A stretch of DNA of 51,348 bases from positions 1 to 51,348 of the forward strand of contig JBHLNS010000019.1 in NCBI GenBank assembly GCA_048941285.1, read 5' to 3'. Below the pieces are notes generated by a model. That model searched no databases. It was not told the DNA's origin and saw nothing but the letters and a program-made list of their open reading frames with translations. The position numbers were made by a program, and so were the translations under genes. This document shows positions 39,752-47,884 of this stretch, piece after piece. Position 1 is the first letter of the stretch. Each line of letters opens with the position of its first letter. The DNA comes from Promethearchaeota archaeon (GTDB taxonomy: Archaea; Asgardarchaeota; Lokiarchaeia; Sigyniarchaeales; SOKP01).

Positions 39752-39888
39752 ATCTACTTTCTTTTTTTTTAACTTCTTATAATGATTTTCTACTTTTCTG
39801 TAAAAGTTTAAATATTATCTTTGGGGCTTTAATAATTACTAATCTAATTATCTAAATTTCTAAAAAGTATAAAAGAGGTTAAAAAAAA

Positions 39889-40194
39889 ATGATCTTTATA
39901 ATCACCCAATGGACTCCATATAATAAAACCGAAGAATGGTTTAAAATATTTCAACAAGTTCGAGGAAAGATTCCCTCATATGTGAAAAAATGGCAAATGT
40001 TTGCTTGTCCTGACGAAAATCGGGGGATCAAAGGATATAATCTAATTATGATCGAAAAAGGAAACGCTGACGAAGCAATGGTTGAAATTTCGAAACTAAT
40101 CGCTCCCTTTTGGAAAATCGAAGGCTTTGCGATGAAAACTGAAGCTGTATTTGCAATGAAAGATGCACTAAAAGTATTAGGGAAAAGTCTCTAA
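39889..40194 (+). CDS. small hypothetical protein, possibly a ferredoxin-like alpha+beta fold
   Basis: 101-aa ORF with GAGGT SD upstream and a T-tract downstream. Confidence 0.75.
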   Translation: MIFIITQWTPYNKTEEWFKIFQQVRGKIPSYVKKWQMFACPDENRGIKGYNLIMIEKGNADEAMVEISKLIAPFWKIEGFAMKTEAVFAMKDALKVLGKSL

Positions 40195-40252
40195 ATCTTA
40201 ATTATATTTTTTTTTATGTTTCTTTAAAAAATTGGAAATTTTTTTTAAAGGA

Positions 40253-40297
40253 GTAGGTAAATCTATTCATAGGAATGGAAGATCTATTCATCATTAA
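40253..40297 (+). repeat. orphan diverged copy of the last 15 codons of lpdA
   Basis: Reads VGKSIHRNGRSIHH-stop versus lpdA VGKSIHKKGRPIHH-stop. Confidence 0.9.
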
Positions 40298-40380
40298 TTT
40301 TTTTAGATTATTTTAATGATCCTTATTTTTTTTATTTTAATTTTAAAAATAAGTTAATTAAAATACTAGAGAAACCAGAG

Positions 40381-40776
40381 TTAAAGAAAATTAGAAAGAG
40401 GAAATAAGATACAATTATTAAAAATCATTTCTAAGATAACAATTATTATAATTATGACCTCATGCCTTAAATCTTTGAAAATGATCTCAAAAAGTAGGAT
40501 TCCTAACAAAAAGTTGATAACAAAAGATATAATCACTAAGATATTAGGTAGGAATAGTATTTCATAATGATAGAATGGATCTATTTTCCCTATCTGGTCA
40601 TTCATATAATCTGTCCATATTAAAATAAAAAGCATTATAGTTTTCCAAACACCAATAAAAATTATGATCCTTTTAATGTCATATTCTAACCCTTTTTTAT
40701 GGAGATACCATTTGAATATAAAAAATCCAGTGATGATAAAAAAAAGAAAACCTAATAGTTGAAATGTAAGATTCAT
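40381..40776 (-). CDS. small multi-pass membrane protein
   Basis: About four hydrophobic segments; GGGAG SD-like sequence upstream. Confidence 0.6.
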   Translation of the reverse strand: MNLTFQLLGFLFFIITGFFIFKWYLHKKGLEYDIKRIIIFIGVWKTIMLFILIWTDYMNDQIGKIDPFYHYEILFLPNILVIISFVINFLLGILLFEIIFKDLRHEVIIIIIVILEMIFNNCILFPLSNFL

Positions 40777-40831
40777 CTTATTCTCCCCTTTAACTGCTAA
40801 ACTAGTATATGATTATAATTTATTTAAATTA

Positions 40832-41740
40832 TTAAAATACAGTTATTATTCTTCTTCGATTTTTTCTAATAAGTATTACTAAAATGATAATTATGGCAAT
40901 TCCAATAGACGCTGAGATATTAATAATAATTATTATTAAGAATCCATCATCGCTAGGTCCATAGTATGTGACTCCAATAAAACCATCAGGAACTTGACTA
41001 TTATTCCATAAGCATATAAAGACAGTTCCTCCATTGATATCAACAAGTTCATATTCAGGTGAGAATGCCGATCCTCCTATACTAAATACAGGTTGTTTGC
41101 CATAAGCTCTTAATTCTACTCTCCCTGAAGTATTTCCAATCCATTCTTGCGAAGTCCCTATATGATATATCATATAAAATGGGTCAATGGAATCCAAGGG
41201 ATTAAAAACCTTAGTATGAATATAATATCCTATCATTGATGTGCTGTTCTTGATTAGTGTTACATTAGTTTTAATAAAATTTATTGGATACCGTTCAGTA
41301 AACCAAGGTGGATTGGTATCAATTGCTGTTAAAGTCTCATTCCAATTTGAGATCCTGAATAAGCTATGAGGGATTTGTGTATTATTTACATATACTTCAA
41401 TAATAGATTGAGACATATTTATATCCAAAGACAAGGGTAAGATAAATGAGACATCAGTAGAATTCTCTGCATAATTTATTGTGTAATTTGCTTCAAATTG
41501 GATATTAATTTTATTCGGGAGATCAGTTGCGTTAAATGTTATAGTAATATCACTATTAATAAGCTTTAAAGGTAATGTGCTATTTGGAAATATTTCAGAA
41601 ATAAACTGATCTGGAGGGGAAGGTGGAGGAGGCGCAAATACTTTAGGAATTGTAAAAATATTATTTATTATAATAATTAAAATAAAAATGTTTAGAACTT
41701 TTTTCCCTGATACTTTCATTTTCATACGCTTTTCAATCAC
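40832..41740 (-). CDS. cell-surface glycoprotein (signal peptide, Pro-rich start, DUF4424-like beta domain, C-terminal TM anchor); start may be a few codons downstream
   Basis: VFA-PPPPSPP, many NxS/T sequons, YHIGTSQEWIG, C-terminal TM followed by RKNRRR. Confidence 0.7.
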   Translation of the reverse strand: MIEKRMKMKVSGKKVLNIFILIIIINNIFTIPKVFAPPPPSPPDQFISEIFPNSTLPLKLINSDITITFNATDLPNKINIQFEANYTINYAENSTDVSFILPLSLDINMSQSIIEVYVNNTQIPHSLFRISNWNETLTAIDTNPPWFTERYPINFIKTNVTLIKNSTSMIGYYIHTKVFNPLDSIDPFYMIYHIGTSQEWIGNTSGRVELRAYGKQPVFSIGGSAFSPEYELVDINGGTVFICLWNNSQVPDGFIGVTYYGPSDDGFLIIIIINISASIGIAIIIILVILIRKNRRRIITVF

Positions 41741-41949
41741 TCTATAAGATCTAACACAGATGCTAGGTATTTATTAAATATGAATTTTCTAATCTTCTTT
41801 ATTCAATTCAATTTAAAAATATTTAGTACTAAAGGTTGCGTTCTAAGACAATAAGTATGTCTTTTAAGACTAATATCTTGTTTAATAAAAATTAATAGTG
41901 GAAATCATAAAATTTAGTACAGAATGTTTATATTGTTATTTTTCAATTT

Positions 41950-42423
41950 TTGATCCTTAGTATGTTTTCATTTAATGATTTTGTAGAAAAATATAGCCTT
42001 AGCAATTTTAAAGCAGTATTAGAATTAAAAGGTAATGATAAAATTAACTTTTATAACGATTTAAACTCAATAATGGAGGGTATTTGTAGAATATTTAATA
42101 GATTAACGACGATATTTTCTCTTAGAGGTGGACAGGTTTTAATGAGTTTGGCTAAATTACAAGCATCTGAGGAAATTATTTCAAAAACTGATATTATGAA
42201 CTGCTTAAATATAGATAGGCGAGAAAAGTTAATTCATGCTTTCGATTTTTTACTTGAACAAAATTATATTAAGATCAAGAAAAAAACAACTAAATTCCAT
42301 ATGGTTGAATTAAATGAAAAAGATAATCCAGACTTTAGATTATTTCGAGAAATTGTTCAGAAATTTTGGATTTCTCCTCAAGAAGAGAAAACTGAAACAA
42401 AATCATGGAGGGAGTTAAAATAA
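41950..42423 (+). CDS. winged-helix hypothetical protein
   Basis: ISKTDIMNCLNI...AFDFLLEQNYIKI...VELN pattern. Confidence 0.6.
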   Translation: MILSMFSFNDFVEKYSLSNFKAVLELKGNDKINFYNDLNSIMEGICRIFNRLTTIFSLRGGQVLMSLAKLQASEEIISKTDIMNCLNIDRREKLIHAFDFLLEQNYIKIKKKTTKFHMVELNEKDNPDFRLFREIVQKFWISPQEEKTETKSWRELK

Positions 42424-43286
42424 GAAATTTGAATGAAAAGCATGTTGAGTTTTATTATGAAAATAGTGATAAGAAATTAAAGTTTCTCAGTTTAATTAAG
42501 AAAGAATATATTAAGCAGGTATACAGATTAACCATTTGGCTAATAATATTATTTTTAATATACTCAATTTATTATACTCTTTTCTATCGATTTTTAATCA
42601 TTGAAGTTCGAGTGTTTTTAAATCAGTTTGTAGCAGGGATTATTTTTACCACATTTTTATTAATACATTTCTTTCAGTTAACTTTCTCTAAATTTTCACC
42701 TTCACTAGTAAATCTTCTTTACTCTGAATTAAAAAATTTAGATTTCGAAATTAAAAAAAAATATAAAATGGGATTAACCTTTTTTCTTTTTAATAGTCTT
42801 GCGATAACTTTTTTCATTTCAATTAATGTATTTATTCAATCTTCTACTGATTATTTTATTTCTTCTTTAACTATAAGATTTATGATTATATTTATTTTTT
42901 CCTGTACAATAATTCCTCTAATTGGGGGCGTATTTCATGATAAATTTATTGTTAAATTAAAGAGTCCCTATTTTGTAAAAATATATTTACGATTTAAATT
43001 TATGAAACACTCAGAAGCTGAAGCTCATATGATTAGAATTTTGATGACGTCAAGCAAATTGTGTTTAAGATCAAACAAAAATGGTTATGTTATTTACAAA
43101 GAGATTTCAGAGAAAAGATGGTTACCAATAAAAAGTAGATTTATCACTCCAAAATTTCAATTAACTAAATATTTGCATTTTCAAGACAATTCGTCATTCA
43201 TTAATTTTAAAGAACACTTTTTAAATATCGTCTCAGCAATTAGAGAATGGGATATCAAATATCTTAAAAAGGATACTCACGTGTAG
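42405..43286 (+). CDS. membrane protein with about four TM helices and a basic C-terminal domain
   Basis: Hydrophobic segments; overlaps the upstream gene by 19 nt. Confidence 0.65.
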   Translation: MEGVKIRNLNEKHVEFYYENSDKKLKFLSLIKKEYIKQVYRLTIWLIILFLIYSIYYTLFYRFLIIEVRVFLNQFVAGIIFTTFLLIHFFQLTFSKFSPSLVNLLYSELKNLDFEIKKKYKMGLTFFLFNSLAITFFISINVFIQSSTDYFISSLTIRFMIIFIFSCTIIPLIGGVFHDKFIVKLKSPYFVKIYLRFKFMKHSEAEAHMIRILMTSSKLCLRSNKNGYVIYKEISEKRWLPIKSRFITPKFQLTKYLHFQDNSSFINFKEHFLNIVSAIREWDIKYLKKDTHV

Positions 43287-43298
43287 AAAACTTATTTT

Positions 43299-43402
43299 AA
43301 AAAAATTAAAAAGGACAGTTCCCCCAGCAAAACCTTGAATAGAATGAGTGTGTGAGGTGAGTATTCAAGCGAATGGCTCAGGGAACTGGTTATAGAAGTA
43401 TG
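43299..43402 (-). ncRNA. candidate structured small RNA or 3'-UTR element with an anti-SD loop
   Basis: Nested stems 43316-23/43381-88 (8 bp), 43326-28/43376-78 and 43334-41/43362-69 (8 bp); 20-nt loop CUCACCUCACACACUCAUUC; U-tract after it; CTTATAAA box at 43432-43425. Confidence 0.55.
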
Positions 43403-43452
43403 ACTGTATTACTATAACAATTAATTTATAAGAATAATGAAAATAAGCTCTC

Positions 43453-43719
43453 TTAGGCATTCGCTAAATATTCGTTTAACACAATGTTTAATTCGACTTC
43501 TGAGTTTTGGATTTTCTTCAAAAGATTCCTAAGTCCATACTCATTTAATAATAATTCGACAAGATTCTTATATACTGCTGTAATGTTATCTTTCCCTGCT
43601 TCATAATAGAATTTATCGTCACTTAGGGTAAGATCTAAAATATCGTATAAACCTTTTAAGGCTTCCTTTATATTTTCAAAATTTACAACAGCTTTTTCTT
43701 TCGATTTTGAACTATTCAT
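43453..43719 (-). CDS. 88-aa helical hypothetical protein
   Basis: Strong SD (GAGGTGA) 9 nt before the ATG; TTTATATA box upstream. Confidence 0.8.
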   Translation of the reverse strand: MNSSKSKEKAVVNFENIKEALKGLYDILDLTLSDDKFYYEAGKDNITAVYKNLVELLLNEYGLRNLLKKIQNSEVELNIVLNEYLANA

Positions 43720-43725
43720 TTCACT

Positions 43726-43765
43726 TACTCACCTCAATTATATTATGTAATTGATCATATATAAA
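43726..43765 (-). promoter_or_regulatory. TATA box and Shine-Dalgarno of the 88-aa gene
   Basis: Minus strand TTTATATA (43765-43758) and TGAGGTGAGTA (43736-43726). Confidence 0.6.
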
Positions 43766-44055
43766 GATGACGATTTCCGTTTATTATGATGCAATATATC
43801 GAAAATATGAATGATGGGATTTATCACCATTCGGCGATAATAGTGAAAGTAACTTTTGCTTACCTATCACATATAGAATAATCACATGATTCTATGTCAA
43901 CTTTTGGAAAAATAGATATCGATAATTGATCATCAGTGATGAAATCAATCACAAAATATTGAACTTTGATCAACCTCAAGATAAAAACACAAGGAAAAAA
44001 TAAGATTAGAGCAGTTCTTTTTGAGTTTCATACATTTTTGAGATGGTAGAAGAAT

Positions 44056-44092
44056 AAAAGAAAAAAAAAGAAATTCGATCTCAACGATCGAA
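44056..44092 (-). terminator. hairpin plus U-tract terminator of the 44117..45076 gene
   Basis: TTCGATC-N5-GATCGAA (44074-44092) followed on the minus strand by TTTCTTTTTTTTTCTTTT. Confidence 0.6.
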
Positions 44093-44116
44093 CAATTATA
44101 ATTTTATTAATAAATA

Positions 44117-45076
44117 TTACCACTCAGATACCCAGAACGTCCAAGCCCATGAAATAACGCTTTGCGATCTGCTTTGTCCAATGCCATCGTACCAACTAAC
44201 TTCATGCTCAATTGTATGCTCCCCCATATCTAGAGTAAATGGTTCGAAAACAAAGTAAAAAATTAGCCACTTGACAGGTTCCCCATATATTAATCCCTCT
44301 GTATCATCCCACCAGAATTTATTTAAATTTAATTCTTCTCCATCTAAAACCATAGTCCATGAATAAGGGGGTGTAAATATATGTTCTTCTTTTTCAGAAG
44401 CTAATTGCCCCATTGCTACACTAATATAATTGGTCTCTGCGGTATTTATTTCAATTCCATTTGTTATTCGATTTTCTCCAGTTAATAAAGAGTTAATTAC
44501 TTGCCCATGTTCAAATTGATTAAGTCCAATTTCCTCGTAATTTGTAATTAGGGTTAGAGTTCCTGGACCTCCAATTGGATGATATGGGCCGTAAGGCCCA
44601 TCAACTCCGCTTTCTGGATCCAAAAAGCTCGCGTAAGCCCAATTCCCGCTCAAGCAAAATACAAGTGTAATTTCCGCCTCAGAATATGTATCAGTTTGAG
44701 TTTTAACCACTCCATTCCCTACGATTATCCAAACATATTGCCACCAACCACTTAACTCCGTATACCACCACTCGAAATAACCCGCCCATCCTCCTTTAAG
44801 TCGCCCATGACATAACAATGTTTCTTCCCCACTTATGGGATCAATAAAAATTTTTTTAAATTCTCCATTATCCAACCATGCATTATTGTAATCGTATTCA
44901 ACGTTTCCCTTGATTAAAACTCTAGCATTAGGATCCCATAAATCTGCTCCTTCACCCCTCATGTGTAGTTTTACTACTAGACCTGATTTCACGGCATTTA
45001 CTTGAACTGCAACGCATACTGTACCTAATAAAAAAAGTATAGAAATTGCCAAGAATACTTTTATTTTGGTTTTCAT
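44117..45076 (-). CDS. secreted Trp/Gly-rich beta protein of unknown function
   Basis: Signal peptide ending VNA; GGAG SD; no C-terminal anchor. Confidence 0.75.
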   Translation of the reverse strand: MKTKIKVFLAISILFLLGTVCVAVQVNAVKSGLVVKLHMRGEGADLWDPNARVLIKGNVEYDYNNAWLDNGEFKKIFIDPISGEETLLCHGRLKGGWAGYFEWWYTELSGWWQYVWIIVGNGVVKTQTDTYSEAEITLVFCLSGNWAYASFLDPESGVDGPYGPYHPIGGPGTLTLITNYEEIGLNQFEHGQVINSLLTGENRITNGIEINTAETNYISVAMGQLASEKEEHIFTPPYSWTMVLDGEELNLNKFWWDDTEGLIYGEPVKWLIFYFVFEPFTLDMGEHTIEHEVSWYDGIGQSRSQSVISWAWTFWVSEW

Positions 45077-45509
45077 TATAATTTTTCTCCAAAATCTATT
45101 CTCTTAATACATTGAATTTCGCTCTACAATCAGTCCTGATCAAAAAATTGGATGTTTGATCTAAATTGATCATAGAAGTTTATTTTAAATCTATATATAA
45201 GGATTATGCTAATTTTTGGTGGTAAACATATAGAAATTACTGGTAAATTTCCTTTTTCACCATTTAGGAAAAGTTATTTCTTTTTTTATATTATAAAAAT
45301 TTTGAAATTAATTTAGTTTTACCAAAATGTAAAGAGATTTTTCCTCAATTCATAGGAAAAAAAAGAAAAATATAGTACAGATTTTTTAGAAATTAAATTT
45401 CCATTAATTTACGGGAATAAAATGACAAACGGATTGAAAATTTAGCATATATTTATATATGTAAATTATTATTCATATGTTGCCTTAATTTTACTTAGTT
45501 GTGAGTTGT

Positions 45510-46025
45510 ATGAAAAAAACAATAACAGGGTTAATTATTTTAGGGTTGGGGATAGGGTTTCCAGCATGTTTAGGTATTTTCCTAATAGAAACACAAAACA
45601 CAGAAGACAATTATATTGATGGAACTAAACCTGACGATTTACCTCAAAAAGAAGAAGAAGAATTACCAAAAAAAGAACCACCTGGTGATACCATAGACGC
45701 AAATATAAACTTTGACCCGAATGTGCTAAATTTTAAAAGTAAGGGCAAATGGGTCACTGTTTATATTAAATTAACCAAGGGATATGATGCTAATGATATT
45801 GTTCTGGACTCAGTTTTATTAAACGAATTAATACCTGCTGAGTCTAAATTTGCAATTATTGATATCGATAGTTGTATGGTATTAATGGTTAAATTTAACA
45901 GAACTAGAGTTATAAATGTAGTTCAGCCCCAAGAATTTTGTACTACAATCATTACTATTACTGGAAAATTGATTGATACTAAAGTTTTTGAAGGCAATGA
46001 TATAATAGAATTGATACATTTTTAG
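45510..46025 (+). CDS. membrane-anchored extracellular protein with a small Ig-like domain
   Basis: ATG 45510 preferred over GTG 45501; N-terminal TM, acidic/Pro linker, PNVLNFKSKGKWVTVYI and LMVKF motifs seen in archaeal secreted proteins. Confidence 0.75.
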   Translation: MKKTITGLIILGLGIGFPACLGIFLIETQNTEDNYIDGTKPDDLPQKEEEELPKKEPPGDTIDANINFDPNVLNFKSKGKWVTVYIKLTKGYDANDIVLDSVLLNELIPAESKFAIIDIDSCMVLMVKFNRTRVINVVQPQEFCTTIITITGKLIDTKVFEGNDIIELIHF

Positions 46026-46399
46026 GAGGTTTAATGGTTAAATTCAACGTTAAAAGAAAATGCGGTTTTAATACATTAAATTCATGGCTCCATAATTTTT
46101 AAATTCTCTTTTTTTTTTTAATTCTTTTTTTTTTAATTCTAAGTATTTTAACTTTTAACTAATTATCATCGAGATTCAACTAACTCGCCCTTTCTTTTTG
46201 AATTTTATAGATCTTCTTAAGAGGTTTTTTTCTTTAAAATTAAGTATTATTAATACAATATAAAAAAATGGCAAAAAAACCATTAAAAAAATTATCATTT
46301 AGAGTGGTTTCTATTCAAAAAATAATAAGAATACATAAGAACCCTATTTATTATTGTAAACAATGACATTAGTGAATATATAGAAAAGGTGATATTATA

Positions 46400-46939
46400 A
46401 TGAGTTTAATATGTAGTAAATGTGGCAGAAAAAGTGAAACCTTACCATTACAATGTGGATATAGTATTTCGATGAATAATGACACAAATCAATGGGAATG
46501 CTACATGGAAAACTGTGGAGTTATTTCCTTAAGTAAATATATATGCGAAAATTGCTGCCTTAATAAAAATATAATGAAATCTAATAAAGCTCTTGAACAT
46601 TTGGCAAAAAAGAGTAATGAGTTTTATAAAGAGTTAAGTTTTTTCAAAAAAAATATTGTACAAACTAAATTAGATAACTCAGATTTTAAATATTGGGTTA
46701 CCTTTGGTGATGGAGAATTTAAGTGCGGGAAAGGAGATATAGAAGGGGCAACAATCTTCATAACTAGCCCGGAAAAGACCATGAATCAAATTCTTCTTGG
46801 AAATTTGGATGCCTATAGTGAATTTTTAACCGGAAATGTTAAAATAGAAGGAGACATGCAATATGCTGTAGTTTATTTTGATTTACTTAAATTAGGTCTA
46901 GAAATAAAGAAAGAATTGGAGGTTTTAACAGTTGAATAG
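46400..46939 (+). CDS. Cys-rich Zn-binding domain fused to an SCP2 lipid-carrier domain
   Basis: CSKC...C...C...C...CENCC; ILLGNLDAYSEFLTGNVKIEGDM SCP2 signature. Confidence 0.85.
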   Translation: MSLICSKCGRKSETLPLQCGYSISMNNDTNQWECYMENCGVISLSKYICENCCLNKNIMKSNKALEHLAKKSNEFYKELSFFKKNIVQTKLDNSDFKYWVTFGDGEFKCGKGDIEGATIFITSPEKTMNQILLGNLDAYSEFLTGNVKIEGDMQYAVVYFDLLKLGLEIKKELEVLTVE

Positions 46940-47687
46940 AACATTTATTTGGGGTCATAGAGGTTCTGGATTCACAGGGGTACAAAACACACTTTCTTCA
47001 TTTAAGAATGCAATTGATATGGGAGTCGATGGATTAAAATCAGAGGCTAAATTATCAAAAGAAGGAGAAGTAGTTTTAACATTCTTTCAGAGCCTTAAAA
47101 CAGATGGAAATGAAGCATTAATAAATGATTTAACTATTAATGATGTTAAAAAGTTTAAATTAGAAAATGGTGAGACAATTCCAACTCTTCGTGAAGTCTT
47201 TCATGCTTTTAAGAAATATAATATAAAATACAACTTTGATATTACTGAACCTGAAGTAGGAATAAAAATAATTGAACTTGCTGAAGAATTTAAATTAGTT
47301 AGTAAAATAGAAATTGGAAAACCCTCCCTTTATCCTCACTCTCTTCCTGTTATATTTTCTAAGATAAGGGAGTTTAATCAAGATGTAACATTAATCAATT
47401 CGATTTTCTTGAAGCATTCAAGTATAAAAGAGGAACATTTAGAATTAGAGAGCATGAGAAAGTTAGAAATCCAGGGAATAAATGTCAATTTCAATTATGC
47501 CAATTATGAGTTATTTAAAAAAGTCAAGGATGAAGGTTTTAAATTTTATATATGGGGTCTTCTTTTTGAAAGATCGATAAAACATTTTCTTTCAATGAGA
47601 TATAATGGAGGCTATATAGACGCAGTCTTTTCGAATTTACCCGAAAGAGTATTGCAAATGAGACATGAGATTCAGCAGATCAATTAG
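46932..47687 (+). CDS. glycerophosphodiester phosphodiesterase family protein with atypical active-site residues
   Basis: GHRG, QNTLSSF, IPTLREV, SNLP; overlaps the SCP2 gene by 8 nt. Confidence 0.85.
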   Translation: MNRTFIWGHRGSGFTGVQNTLSSFKNAIDMGVDGLKSEAKLSKEGEVVLTFFQSLKTDGNEALINDLTINDVKKFKLENGETIPTLREVFHAFKKYNIKYNFDITEPEVGIKIIELAEEFKLVSKIEIGKPSLYPHSLPVIFSKIREFNQDVTLINSIFLKHSSIKEEHLELESMRKLEIQGINVNFNYANYELFKKVKDEGFKFYIWGLLFERSIKHFLSMRYNGGYIDAVFSNLPERVLQMRHEIQQIN

Positions 47688-47884
47688 TCTATAAATAATC
47701 TTAAAATTTTTCTACTTTATTTTTTGAGAAATTTTTGCATCCCATTTGTCTAATAGAATAAAGTTGTAAATTTAATATTCTCTTTCTACATTATTTTTAA
47801 AGTAATTTATTTATTTTTTTAAAAGTCGGTGCTTGAGGAACATTTAAATATTGTATTCTTACTAATACAATCAACATAAAATTA

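Noticed and set aside
43316-43388. Hairpin as a SECIS element or tRNA
   Set aside because: No AUGA/GA kink-turn core at a stem base, no UGA-containing gene adjacent, and no cloverleaf or TTC loop.
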